Assembly (NCBI RefSeq): GCF_009914755.1
Contig: NC_060940.1
Length of the DNA stretch: 64,000 bases
Source of the DNA: the human T2T-CHM13v2.0 reference genome, Homo sapiens
Reading direction: 5' to 3' (one strand)
Part shown: positions 1 to 13,491 of the stretch, one piece after another
How the letters are laid out: the number at the start of each line of letters is the position of its first letter
Position numbering within the stretch: the stretch's first letter is position 1
Notes under the pieces: model-generated
Seen by the model: the letters and a program-made list of their open reading frames with translations, nothing else
Database searches by the model: none
What the model was told of the DNA's origin: nothing
Made by a program: the position numbers and the translations under genes

Positions 1-530
1 CACAAACCCCTTATGGATGGGTCTAGATCATTCTGTGTAGTTACTTTCTGCAATGAGCCATGTTGCAATGCATGTCTTCACTTATCCATCTTTGCATATG
101 TATCTATTAGTTATTTAGAATAAGTTCCTGGAAGTGGAATTACAGAATCAAGAATAAGCACATTTAAAAGCCAGGCGGATGTCCAAGAAGCTCCTAAAAA
201 GCCGCATCCATTTCCATCTGCCGACCCCGTGTGGGTGTGCCCGCCTCCTCACCCTGACAGCAGGGTGTTGCCACACTTGTAAATCCCTGCCGCCTGGCAG
301 GTGGCCTGTGCCTCGAGCAAGCTGGTGTCATGGATTGTGAGTTAGGATGGACAGCTGTTTGCATTTTTTCTTTGGCTGATTGCCAGTGTATATTATTTTA
401 AAATTTTAAATGGATTTGTTTTTTCCTCATTGATTTATAAGAGCTCTTTCTATATGGAGGATATTTACTCCTTGCCATATACCCATTGCCATTTTTCTCT
501 CTGTTAACTGATTCATTTCATCAGAGTTTT
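1..530 (-). mobile_element. Old L1M (LINE-1) 3'-region fragment
   Basis: Antisense L1-like motifs, e.g. 'aataagttcctggaagtggaattacaga' and 'cattgatttataagagctctttctatat'. Confidence 0.6.
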
Positions 531-1152
531 CATCTTGTTTCAAAAGAAAGTCCCCAGGCCGCTCCTCCCTGCAGGCAGCTCCTGGACAGGGGTCAGTCCC
601 CCCGCCATGTGCCTGCCTTGCTGATGAAGCCAGGGTGAGGCCCCGGGCAGCAGGGGCTCCTGACCACCTGGGAAGAATCGGCACTCCCTGCTGGCATCTG
701 GAACAGAAGCCTATTGGCCTGGGGACCCGAGCATTCCGTGGGGCAGGGCTATGAAGGAATCGTCTCTGTAAATCTTCAGTGTCCTCATTTCTCCCCTCCT
801 TTATCTCACAAGGCCTCTTGGCCGAGCCCAGTCTCCCCCGAGGAATCCTCTCTGGCACACATCATTTGTCATCTGCTTTGTTCTGCTACTCAATGTTTGG
901 AATTCCAGGCTCACTGAGAAGTCATCTGTTGGGGAGAATTTGGGGCTGGTTGACTCTGTTGTCAGTGACACCGCCAGATGGGGCTGACTCCAGATGGACG
1001 GGGTTGGCCAGGGTCGATCTGGGCCAACAGTGCCAGCCTGTGGCTGCTTCCCGGGCAGGGGCCATCTCATGGGTGCCTGAGGGGTGAAAACTTGGGGTGT
1101 TCGTGTCACCTTGGCTGGGGCACAGGAAGGCCCCACACGTTAGCTGTTGGTG

Positions 1153-1207
1153 AGGAGCACCCACACCCAGGGGAGCACTCACACCCAGAGGAGCACCCAC
1201 ACCCGGG
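1153..1207. repeat. 18-bp tandem repeat x3 (ggagcacccacacccag)
   Basis: Three adjacent near-identical units visible. Confidence 0.8.
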
Positions 1208-1325
1208 GCCCCTCTTTCCTGGGCATTCGGTTCCTCAGCGACACCGGCTTGGTGCTGGGACCCGTGATCCACAGGCACAGATCTGTCTTCAGGGATCTCA
1301 CTGTGAAGCTGGCCATGTTTTATTC

Positions 1326-1620
1326 TTTTTTTTTTTTTTTGAGATGGAGTCTCGCTCTGTCGCCCAGACTGGAGTGCAGTGGTTTGATCTCGGCTCACTG
1401 CAAGCTCTGCCTCCTGGGTTCATGCATTCTCCTGCCTCAGCCTCCCAAGTAGCTGGGACTACAGGTGCCTGCCACCACGCCCAGCTAATTTTTTGTATTT
1501 TAGTAGAGATGGGGTTTCACCGTGTTAGCCAGGATGGTCTTGATCTCCTGACCTCGTGATCCACCCACCTTGGCCTCCCATAGTGCTGGGATTACAGGCG
1601 TGAGCCACCGTGCCGAGCCA
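1326..1620 (-). mobile_element. AluY-like SINE, full length
   Basis: Antisense Alu with Y-type motifs (gcaagctc, cgtgttagccaggatgg, gacctcgtgatcc); 15-bp TSD gccatgttttattct at 1312-1326 and 1621-1635. Confidence 0.95.
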
Positions 1621-2519
1621 GCCATGTTTTATTCTATGTGTTCAGCTGGACAAAGGTCCCCCAGTTGTCCATGTCCTAGTCCCTGGACCTATGAAAGTGC
1701 AGCTGGACAGCAGTGCCAGAGCCGTTGTGAAATGTAAGCCACTGCTGTTAAGTCAGGTTCCTCTGCGCTGGGGAGGCTGCGAGGATAGAGCCACCTCCAG
1801 CGTTGTCTTCCAGCCTGGCCCCTGCCCTCCTCCTCCTCATCCCATCCGGCCCGCCCTACAGGCACAGATGTCCTTCTCACAACTCTGATTTTCATTTTGT
1901 TAGATTGCTGGGATAAAGCAGAGACATGTTCAAGGCATGCAGCTGTCCTGAGCTTTGAGGATGGCGTGTTGCAGCCGTCTCCGGCTTGGCCAGGAGGCTG
2001 GGTCCAGATGGCGGCAGCAGGGTCTATTTCTGGCTATTCGTAACCCCAGGCCAGGGTTTTAGATGGGTTTTAAAACATTTAGATGAATGAGTTGTGTGCT
2101 CCTGGTCAGCGGCACTTGCTGTATCGTGTGCCCTTCACAAATAAACCTAGCTAGCAGATGTAGCGTGGGCCCTGCCCGTGGGGGCCCATTGACATTTTGC
2201 TAATTACTCAAAGAGGAGGCCTGGAGCCTGAACGATGGACGTCTGATGGCTCATCTCATCCAGGGATTGCCTCGTGCCTGTTACGAGTCTGTCCCCAGCT
2301 GCCATCCTGCCAGCTCTGCCTTCTTTTTGGAGAAGATTAGATGATTCTCATGTACCGAGCATGCCCAGTACAGGGCAGGGCCTGGGTGAGTGCTCAGGTT
2401 GGTGCAGTTTGTACCTGAATGATGACTGTGGAGGGCTTTGTCGTGAGCCTGGCCACTGGGAGGGGAGGATGCAAAGATAAGTTCTGTCCTCCACAGTCAA
2501 AGATCTCAGCATCCTTGGG

Positions 2520-3150
2520 CAGACATGCATGTATGTAACTATGGATGCATACAGCCATGTGCATGTACAGCTGTGTGTGCATATAGCCATGTGTGCGTAC
2601 AACCATGTGTGCATATGGCTATGTGAGCATACCACCACACAAGCACCATGTGTGTGCAGCCATGCGTGTGCAAGTCATGTGTGCATACAGCCATGTGCAC
2701 ATACAACCTTGCATGCAATAACCACGTGTGCATACAACCATGTGTGCATACAGCTGTGCGTACATACCACCAAGCCTGTGTACAGCTATGCATGCATACA
2801 GACGTGTGTAACTGTAAACAGTCATATGTGCATACCACCATGTGTGCGGTTGTGTACATACAACCAAGTGTGTGACAGCTATATGTGCATGCAGCCGTGT
2901 GTGTGCAGCCATGCATGCATGCAATCATGCATGTATACAATTATGTGCACATATGACCTTGTGTGCATACTCCACGCATGCATGCAACCACGTGTCAGCT
3001 ATATGTGCATACCGCCATGCATGTATGCAGCTATACATGCATACAACTGTGCATGAATACAGCTATGCGTGCATACCACCACGGTGTGTGCACAGCTATG
3101 TACGCATACCACCATGTGTGCATGTAACTGTGTGTGTATAACTATGCTAT
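2520..3150. repeat. Degenerate (CATGTG/CATA)-type purine-pyrimidine low-complexity repeat
   Basis: Recurrent catgtgtgcata and acagctatg units. Confidence 0.9.
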
Positions 3151-4139
3151 GAGCCATGGTAACTCATTGCAAGAGGGAAGGGAAAGACAGCCAAGGGGTT
3201 ATTGTAGTCTTTAGAAGATGAGCTTCTTTACAACTGAGGAGGAGAAAGATGTTTGATACAAGGCATGGTCAAGGCTCAGGGAGCAATGTGAGGTGCAGAG
3301 CCCTGGGTCTGCAGATTTGGCTGGGAGACCATGGCTAGCCCAGGGAGACAGAGGGTGGGAAGAGGAAGATGGGATTGGAAAGCTGTAGGGGTGCTGTCTT
3401 GCCCAAGACGATAGAGCCGGGTTAAAGCAACAACAGAGCCTGGAGAGGAGCTGGTGTGGCCTTCACCCCATCACGGAGCATTCCACCACTCCCGGTCCAA
3501 GGGAGTGCCCGTCTCACTCAGTGTCTGTGACGCTGGACAGCAGAACCATGTAATCAGACACACAAACTATCAAGGTGTGTTGAAACTATCACATTCTAGA
3601 ATGTTCCATGGACTCTTTTGGCATCCAAGAGCAGGGACTTTACTATTCCAAACTCAGCCATAATTTTGTAGTACTTGGTGAATCATTACTCACTGGCAAG
3701 AGTTCACTGTTGTTTGTCTTCTAATCACAATCCTGTTTAAACCATGTCCTAGTGCTGGGATTGGCCCCTCCCCTGCCCTCACCCCACTTTCCCAAATGCC
3801 ACACCAAAGTCTTGGCAGGGGATGTGCCTGTCTGGGAGCGCCCAGTGGGTTGTCAAGGGATGATTACACAGAGTCATAGCCCTAGCTTCCTTACCTCTTG
3901 GAATAACATAACACATAAACCTCCTAATTTTCATCTTCCTTCTACATAAGCCTGATTGAATAGTAGAAAAGTCATCTTTTTAAAAGGAATCTGCCCCTAG
4001 ATACAATATTAGTAAACTTTATGTGGCAGTGTCTGAATAAAAGGGACATTTGTAGTCATGCAAGGTTGATTCTGCAAAGGAACATAACAACCCACCACCA
4101 GATTAACCTCTGAATCCATTCAAAATGCCATGTGACCAA

Positions 4140-4355
4140 ATTCATCTCTTCCTGATTTCAGTAAACTAGACATAAAAAGCAGCCTTCTTAACTTCATAAA
4201 CTTGCATAGGATATTATTCCTAATGGAAACACATTTAAAGCATTTCCACTAAAGTCAGTAGCAAAACAAGGGTGTCGGCCTTGCTGCTACTTTTCTATGT
4301 TGTATCTGAGGTCATCACCAAAGGAATAAGACAAGAAAAAGAAATAAGCAGTGTG
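4140..4355 (+). mobile_element. L1M ORF2 (RT region) fragment
   Basis: 'aaagcatttccactaaagtcagtagcaaaacaaggg...aataagacaagaaaaagaaataa' matches the L1 ORF2 GTRQGCPLSP-region consensus. Confidence 0.7.
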
Positions 4356-4694
4356 AGCACAGCTATTCAGCTATTCACCATTCGGCTGCCTGGAAAATGC
4401 TAGAGGGAGGCCTCTGGTGAAACTCTAGGCTGTGCTGACAGAGGGGACCCTCTCCCACTGTAAACACATAGACATTCTGGGTGAAATGTAACCTGCAACA
4501 TTTTAAGTTCATAGACAAGCTTGAAAGAAAGACAGGGAAAGCTTTCAGGACTAGAAATGAAGAGTGAAATGAGAGGGTGTTTCGGAGACCCCGAGAATTG
4601 TGACGAGTGTCAGAGCGGAGACTGCTCTGCATCCCACATGCTGGAAGCTGGGATGAGCCCAGCCAGGAGGCTCAGAGCCCCAAGGAACTGCACA

Positions 4695-5072
4695 TGCTGT
4701 GAAAAGTGGATCTGAAACCTTTTTGCCCCCTGGCCTGGGGACGTGATGAGGAAAATTGCTATGAAAAGTGGATCCAAAACCTTTTTGTCCCCTGGCCTGG
4801 GGACGTGATGAGGAAAATTGCTGTGAAAAGTGGATCCGAAACCTCTTTGTCCCCTGGCCTGGGGACGTGATGAGGAAAATTGCTGTGAAAAGTGGATCCG
4901 AAACCTCTTTGCCCCCTGGCCTGGGGACGTGATGAGGAAAATTGCTGTGAAAAGTGGATCCGAAACCTCTTTGCCCCCTGGCCTGGGGACGTGATGAAGA
5001 AAATTGCTGTGAAAAGTGGATCTGAAACCTTTTTGTCCCCTGGCCTGGGGACATGATGAGGAAAATTGCTGT
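4695..5072. repeat. 62-bp VNTR, 6 copies
   Basis: Unit tgctgtgaaaagtggatccgaaacctctttgccccctggcctggggacgtgatgaggaaaat starts at 4695, 4757, 4819, 4881, 4943 and 5005. Confidence 0.97.
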
Positions 5073-5633
5073 CTGTCCAGGCTTTGAGTAGAGGAAAGAA
5101 GTTTCCCGTAAGAAATAGAATCTCCAGACCTTCTCGACACCTGAGTCTGGTGACTGCATGGTTGGCACAGCACAGAATCCCTAAGAAAGAAATTCACAGA
5201 ACCCCAGGCCAGAGGATCTGGTAAATGAGGACATTTCCTCAGCCCAGCATTCATGAGACAGTCTCCAAACAACAGCATCAACAACAAAAGATACACAGAA
5301 CAACTCCTACCGAGTTTGAGCTCCAATAAACAGTCACAGGAAGAAATGAACTGTCAGGATCAAGTGCAGTGAACACACAATCAGCACTGTGCAGACAGGG
5401 AATAATTGAACAGCAGGAAATACATGTGTTTATCTAAAATTATTTAATACAAAAGAGGGAGTCATAATGAAAGTCCGGAGCAAAAGAAATGGATTTGGAA
5501 TTGAAGTGGCAGAACCGATTTAAATGAAAAATATAGTCATAAAAAAAAAAACTTTGGCTATATTAAATGGAAGGTGTAAGATTGCTGGTAAGAAAAGTGG
5601 CCAGGGAAATACAATACGGAGGAATAAATATTT

Positions 5634-5765
5634 GGAAAGGAGGACGGAGCCATTTAGAAATCGGAGGGTAGCACGGAGGAAAGGAGGACGGAGCCATGTA
5701 GAAATCCGGGGGTAGCACGGAGGAAAGCAGGACGGAGCCATGTAGAAATCGGGGGGTAGCATGGA
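5634..5765. repeat. 44-bp tandem repeat x3
   Basis: Units ggaaaggaggacggagccatgtagaaatc...tagcacgga at 5634, 5678 and 5722. Confidence 0.92.
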
Positions 5766-5892
5766 AAGTCTGTGACAACACTGATTTACAAATGAGCAGG
5801 CAGAACGTGAGAGACACGATGTTCAAAGATCCTGCAGAAAAGCCGGGGGCCTTGCCCTTCTAGTTACCAAAATATACTCTAAAACTGTGTTA

Positions 5893-6619
<727 letters not shown>

Positions 6620-6620
<1 letters not shown>

Positions 6621-6784
6621 GCAGCCCGGGAAAGAGGCCCTGGGAGGTACCCCTGTCCATGCAGCCCAGGAAAGAGGCCCTGGGAGGTACCCCCATCCTG
6701 GTCCCCGGAGCCTGCTATGAAACGCTCAGCCTGGGAAAGAGGTCCTGGGAGGCACCCCCGTCCTGGTCCCCGGAGCCTGCTATG
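6620..6784. repeat. Imperfect tandem repeat (3 units, gggaaagaggccctgggaggtacccc...) built from the MLT1 LTR 5' end
   Basis: Three units visible; the last runs into the LTR body. Confidence 0.8.
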
Positions 6785-7200
6785 TGCCTCTCCCACGGCA
6801 GTAGGGCCTGTGCAGATGGGACTGAGCAAGGGGCCTCCAGGTGGGGACCATCCTGGTCATCTGGGTGGCCCAAGGTCATCACGGGCATCCTTGTAGGAGG
6901 GAGGCGGGAGGTCAGGGGCAGGAGGGTCAGCAGCAGGCAGTGGCAATGGAAGCAGAGGTCGTGGTGACATCAGAGGCACCATGAGCCCAGGAATACAGAA
7001 GCCTCTGGAAGCCAGAAAAGGTAGGAAATGGATTCTTCCCTGCACCTCCAGAAGGGACCAGCCCTGCCGACACCTTGATTTCAGCTCCATGAGAGCCGGT
7101 TGGGCTTCTGACCACCAGAGCTGTGGGAGAATGCATTCATGTTGTTTCAGCCATAAGTCTGTGGGCCATTTGTGACTGCAGCCGCAGGAGGCTACGCAGA
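6735..7200 (+). mobile_element. MLT1D-like MaLR solo LTR
   Basis: 'gaagccagaaaaggtaggaaatggattcttccc...ccagccctgccgacaccttgatttcagc...tgttgtttcagcca'. Confidence 0.85.
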
Positions 7201-7788
7201 CAGGCTCATGTGTGCAGATCTGAGCTGAGCTCGAGATGCCTGATGCAGACGATAGGAAATAGTCCACAGCGGCCAGGATCTCAACAGGCTTCCAGGGGAA
7301 CAACACAGCGATGTCCAAGGGTGCATCCAGGGTGAAACTGCAGGGCCACGTTCAGCACAGGGAAGCAGAGAAAGAAGGTGAGAATAAATCAGCTGTCCTT
7401 CCTGCGAGACCCGGCTGGGCGGGGGGTCTGGGAAAGGCTGCCCTGGGAGGGTGAGCAGGTTCCCTGGGCTCTCAGCCACAGCCCTGCCCTACTTTGCTAG
7501 GTCAGGCGAAGGCACCTGACCTTCGCCTCCTGGCCCTGGCCCTGCCACCCAGGCTGGGCAGATGATGTTGGCAGGCCAGAATCCTGCGAGGGTTATCCTG
7601 AGGCTTGAAGGTGGAAATAGATGGGAGGGACCTTGAAAAGCTCAGAGTGATGCCTAAGCGGGTCCTTATCAACGGCCCAGTGTGAGCCTCAAGCACTGAA
7701 CTCCAGCCTCAGGACTGAGAAGGTCATTATCAACAGCACAGACCTCAGCGTGAGCCTGAAGTCTCAGGAGCTTGAAGAACTGCTTCTG

Positions 7789-7915
7789 TTTACTGAGCAC
7801 GCATGATGTGCCAGGTGTGGCCCTGGGGCTCGAACTCTATTGCCCGGTCTATAAAGCACATGTTGTCACCACCCCGTTTTACAGAGGAGGAAACTGAGGC
7901 TTGGGGAGGCTCATC
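7789..7915 (-). mobile_element. MIR SINE fragment
   Basis: MIR core 'ccccgttttacagaggaggaaactgaggc'. Confidence 0.8.
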
Positions 7916-8169
7916 AGCTCACCCTGCGGGGAGTCGGCCGGCAGCAGCTGCGTCGCTGTGGATCCCACCCGAGGGTCCCTGATGTGGGTCACACCTGTGT
8001 GCTGGCTTTAATCCCCAGCCCCACCTGGATGTGCAGCCTGGGGCCAGCATGGCCCACAAGGGTGGGACAGATGGCATCGTCACCCTCCACGCACAGGGGC
8101 CTGAGAGCTCAGGGCCCCTCAGGGAGAGCCCCTGCGGCAGAATCAGAGTCTCAGGAATAAAGGCAAGCA

Positions 8170-8510
8170 GAGGTCTCAGTTTCTCTGCCTGAAAACTGGG
8201 GGTGGCAATCCCCACCTCACTGGCCTGTGATTAGGATGGGAGGAGACAGGCTGAGATGGGGCCCCAGGCACTTCACCGACACCCGGTGAGCACTCACTGA
8301 ATCCTCACCTGGAGAAGTCCTGGGGGGGTGGGGGGCTCAGCGGCCCTGCCCACGGAATGCCCACCTGGGGCTTCTTCAGTCATGGCATCAGGGGCAAGTG
8401 CTTGATCATTTTGTGCCTCAGTTTCCCCCTGTGTCAATGGAGATTTCAGCAGTTCCAACCTGTTCAACACCATGAAGATGGAATAGGTTAGCGTGCTTAA
8501 CGCACTCAGG
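8170..8510 (+). mobile_element. Two MIR fragments
   Basis: 'ctcagtttctctgcctgaaaactggg' and 'gtgcctcagtttccccctgtgtcaatgg'. Confidence 0.65.
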
Positions 8511-9998
8511 GCCGTCTCCAGCCTTAAGGAGGCACCGCCCAGAGCGGGTGGAGCGCCTAGCGGGGTGGGGTGCAGAGCGGGCTGGGGCGCCGAGCAGGGT
8601 GGAGCACCGAGGCTGTGTTCCTTGTTGCTGGGGGGATACAGATGCCCCCCCACTCCTTCCGCCTAAGACGCAACCACCAGCCTGGAACTGGAAGTGGGGA
8701 TCACCCCCACCTTCGGGCCTCTGCTCCCCCGACACGTGGCCCATGGCCATGCATCTCCCTGCAGCGGGAGAAGAAAGCCAGGAGGTGGCCCAGGCCCAGG
8801 GCTGACATGTGTCAGACACGGGTGAAAATGCTGCCTTTGTGTCTGACATCTGTCTCTTGCTGTTAAACGATGACAGCTTGTCAGAAACATCACACACGTT
8901 TGCTCTAATTAAGGGAACGTTGTGAACAAGTCGCAGCCTTGGGGGGAGCTGTACCGGCTGGATGTGTCCTCTGAGCGGCCCCTGCCTGTGTCCTCCCTGT
9001 GGCCTCCCAGGCCATGCACTGGCTCTGTGTCTCCTGCATCTTCACTTGTCTGCCTGGCTGGCGGCCAGCGGCACCAGACCAAGGACCCGCCGCTATTTCC
9101 CTGTGTTCACTGCCTTCCTCTTCGCAAGGACACCGAGAGCCCCTGGCTCTGGGCCTCCCATCTGCCCTTCCTCCCGCCCATCGTCAGCGTTTACGAGGGT
9201 CTGCCACGTGCCAGGCGCAGGGGAAACGGCGCAGGGTCGGAGGCAGAACCCGCCTACTGGGGAGACAGGAGTGGGGAGTGGCCTCACACCCCACAGGAGG
9301 GGATGGAGGAGGTATGCCTGGGGCCATGCCAGAGCAAGGCAGAGGCTTGGTCCAGCCTGTGGCAGTGAGCAGCCGGTGGGACAGAGGCCACAGCAAGGCC
9401 AAAGGTGTGGGGAGGGCGGGGGGTGTCTCTCTGGTCCCGGCAGAGCTGCCAGTCCCTACTACGTCTGTTTGTTGATTGGGTCATGTTTAACTTCGGGAAC
9501 CATGCACAGTGTTGGCCACGAGATGCCGTAACCAGAATAAAACAGGACTCTGGCGTCAACGTAGCTGTCTCATGTCCTGTCAGGAGGTAGGGCAGAGATA
9601 AGGGGCTGGTGTGATTAACGCCAGCTGCCTCTGCCCTGGTGGAGAGGACGGAGGACATCACGTCCCTCCAGCCACCCCAGCCTGTGACACGTGACATTTA
9701 AAGATTTTTCTTGCTCTTTGAGGCACATTTTTCTATTTTCAAGGACAGATGAGGTCACAGACGCAGTGTGTGCTGCATTTGAAATGTTTTAGGCTAATTT
9801 TTGGCCTTTGATTCCAAAGCCTCTTTAAGACATATGTTCTCTCTGTCATCACCCGTGTGGCCCAGCGAAATCCTGAACTCTAAGGAGAAGGCAAAGCTCT
9901 CTCCTTGCTTTTCAGCCTCAGACAGTGAAGTGAGAAGTTCAACATGCTGGGCTTTGTAGCTGTTTTCTCCTTGTTTTCTAGACGTGTCCATATTCTAG

Positions 9999-10328
<330 letters not shown>

Positions 10329-11408
10329 CATTGTTGCCTATTTAACGATTACAAAAAAAAAAAAATCTTTAAACTTAAGTGACCTTAAGTCCCAGGGAAG
10401 GGTGATGCGTCATGTTCAAGGAAACAGCTTTGCAGTCAACCGACTAGCATTTTAAAAGCAATTATTTTGGAGCATTTCAAACACACACACATAATGAATG
10501 CATGCCACCTGGGGCTGGGCCACAGCACCACGGCCCCTCGTGCTATCTCTGCTCCCCCCACCTCCCCTCCCACTGGGCTATTGGTGGCAAATCCCAGATG
10601 CCTTTCTCAAACTCACGCATTGGAATCCCACAGCACTAGCTTTGCCATCCAGCCCCTGCGAGCCTCGTGCTTGGCCGCTGTTCACCAGGCCAAGCTGCCC
10701 TCTTGGGTTTGCCGCTGTTGGTGCAGAGGCGCCTGCAATGGGCCCAGGGCGGCGGTTCTGCTGCCAGATCTGGTCTTCCAAATGGCTTCTAATTGCTTCT
10801 GGCAAGAGCTCCCCTCTCTGGCTCCCCTAGGGGCCCAGTGAAGACCAGAGCTGGATGTTGTGTCCTGGCTGGGCTTTCACATCCTCCTTATTCCCGATCC
10901 CAGGGGGCCTCTTGCCCCCTCGCTGCAGGCTTAGGGTGGTGCCCCAGCCCCCAGTGCTGGGCAGCTGCTCTGCAGAAGGATGCTTGGGAGATGGACGGGC
11001 TCCCCCTGCCGCCGGAGCCTCCTGTGGCCCGAGGCCATGAGGGCAGTGGGTGGCAGATGTGGGGTGATGAGTGGTGAGTGTCCTGATGGGGCCTTCAGAC
11101 CAGGGCCCAGTGGTCCAGCCTCTGGGAAGCGGCCGAGAAGCTGGAATTTTCCCAGCCGGCCTCGCAGTCCCGTGTTGGGAGACTGGGCCACTTTGTGTTT
11201 TCTGGGCTTAAGAACAGGAACAGCAGCTTCATCCAACACTGCCTCCCTCCACACGGTGCCCAGTGCAGGGCCTGACTGCTCGCCCTGGCTGTGCACCCCT
11301 CCTTGCTGCCTGTAATCCTGGAACCACCAGCTCCTTGGGCACAGTCCAGGCTGCTCAGGCATCCATGCACCAGTGGCACCACGACCCACCCGGGCCCGCG
11401 TGACTAGA

Positions 11409-11587
11409 CTCAGGACTCAGACAGTGCCTGGCACGTGGCAGGTGCTCTGGCCATGGCTGGGTGGCAGGGACCCTCGCTGCGGGCCACCATAGCACGTCCT
11501 CAAGGGTGAGGTCAGGCCCTTCTGGCTGTCTTTGTGCCTGCTCCATTTATTAAATCAAAGCCACCTGTGTTCTCTGGGGTCAGGAGG
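11409..11587 (+). repeat. Dispersed direct repeat, copy 1 (179 bp; partner 14096-14273)
   Basis: Direct comparison shows 5 differences. Confidence 0.95.
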
Positions 11588-12174
11588 AGCCATGCCACCT
11601 GCAGTGGCAGCCGTGGCTGGAACCTTCTTTCCTGTGGACCCGGGTCTCACGCCCGCCCCCAGGTGCAGCACGGAGCTAAGGTGAGGCCCGGGGAGAGCGG
11701 CACCCTCCCCCCAGTCTCAGCCCCCATGGGGTTTTCTGGGCTCCTGGGAAAGAATCTGGTGGCCAAGGCCCGAAGCAGAAGCCCCAGGGATGGGGACAGC
11801 TCTTCTCTCCCGCCGTCTCCAGTCTCTGCCCTGGGGACGGCTGCTCCCGTGTGCTGTGCATTTGTGGGGGACATTCCTTACACCTCTCCCTGGCCCTCCA
11901 CACAGCACAAGGGTGGTTTCCAGCCCATGAGATCCATTTGCACCTGAGAGAAGGGGCTGCTGTCTGAAGGGCCTGCGGGAGGGACTCCAGGGCACTCACG
12001 GGGCTGCCAGGATGGAAGGGACCCCTGGGGCTGAACGTGACCAACGGGTGGACTAAGGCTGAAGGGGCCAGAAGAGCACGCTGGAAGAGAGGGCAGTGGG
12101 GCTTCCAGCACGGTACAGCGTGGGTGGCCTCCTGGGGGTGTCTCAAGCTCAGAGAAACTGTCCCCACGTCAGGA

Positions 12175-12620
12175 GGGGTCTGCTGAATAACAGCCCCAGA
12201 GGCATCCATGTCCTGATCCCTGAATCCTGCAAACATGTGCCCTCACGTGGCAAAAGGGACTTTGCAGATGTGACTGAGGTTCCCTTTCCAGGGAAAGGAC
12301 CCTGGATTCCCTGTCATCTCAAGTCCTTGGAAGAGGAAGGCAGAAGGACGAGGCCACGGAGAGACTGGAGCTGCCACGCAGCTGGCTCTGATGGCAGAGG
12401 AGGGGCCACGAGCCAAGGGATGTAGGGGCCTGGGAAGCTGGAAAGATGGGGAAGATTCTTCCCTGGAGCCTCCGGGAGCAGCCAGCCTGCCCGTGCCTCA
12501 CCGTAGCCCAGGGAGACTGGAGTCCCACGTCGACCTCTGACCTTCAGAGCCAAAGTCGGTCCATGTTGTTTTAGCCACAGAGACTGTGGCCATCATTCTG
12601 GCAGCAGTGGGAGACACAGG
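12175..12620 (+). mobile_element. MLT1D-like MaLR solo LTR
   Basis: 'ggcaaaagggactttgcagatgtgactgagg', 'ggccacgagccaagggatgtagg', 'gattcttccctggagcctcc'. Confidence 0.88.
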
Positions 12621-13108
12621 AAGCTCTCGGGTGGGGAGCACCGACTGGGGTCCAGGGCTGCGAATTCAGGCCGATGGAATCCCAGCCCCCAGGGGTGTGG
12701 GTGGGAGCCAGGAGAGGTTCTGGTCAGTGCTGGGAGGAGAGGCCAGGCTGCTTTCACTCTCAGGGAGGGGCCTGTGAGTTGGAGGAGGTGGGGACCTCCA
12801 GGCTAGTGCGCAGAGCACCTGCTGGGTGTGATGTGCTCACGGGACGCTGTGCCCCCTGCCAGCTAGGGAGTCCCCGGGCAGCTGCTTGCTCAACCCTGGG
12901 CCATTCCAACATACCCCTTAGACTGTGAGCATGTTGGATGCACACTGGCCTCCCGGTCATCACAGGGGCTTCCTGCCCTCCACAGCCCATGCGCAGCTGA
13001 CCAGACGGCTGAGCTCAGAGAATATCCCATGTGGAGGAAATCTGAGTGTCGAAGAGAAACCACAGCCTATGGAAGGGACCCCTGAGTGTCGAAGAGAAAT
13101 CACAGGCG

Positions 13109-13353
13109 GCAGTGATTGTGGCTTCCTTCGTCGTTGTGTGTACGCCAGCGGTCACCTGTCTTTGCACCCCACTCTGAAGCCTGCAATGGGACAGCGATTG
13201 CAGCTTCCTTCGTCGTTGTGTGTACGCCCGTGGTCACCTGTCTTTGCACCCCGCTCTGCAGCCTCCAGGGGGCAGCAATTGCGGCTTCCTTCGTTGTTGT
13301 GTGTACGCCGGCGGTCACCTGTCTTTGCACCCTGCTCTGTAGCCTGCAATGGG
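13109..13353. repeat. ~82-bp tandem repeat x3
   Basis: gcttccttcg anchors at 13121, 13203 and 13284; preceded by a 40-bp-period doublet at 13042/13082. Confidence 0.93.
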
Positions 13354-13491
13354 GCTTTCCCCCAATTCCTCCCACGCATCAATGTGTGTTCACTCACCAA
13401 CTTGCCCCTCTGAGGGGCAGAGGCGTGTGGTGTTTTGCTCCTTCAGAGACTCCCTTGGGGCCTCGTTCCCAGCTCCACCACCCCCATGGGG

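Noticed and set aside
978-1559. ORFs ending in Alu-derived peptides (also 32165-32641, 42857-43412, 45793-46251, 55093-55581)
   Set aside because: Standard Alu translations
4551-5326. Repetitive ORFs and a possible CRISPR-like array
   Set aside because: Head-to-tail 62-bp VNTR with no unique spacers, no cas genes, and primate context
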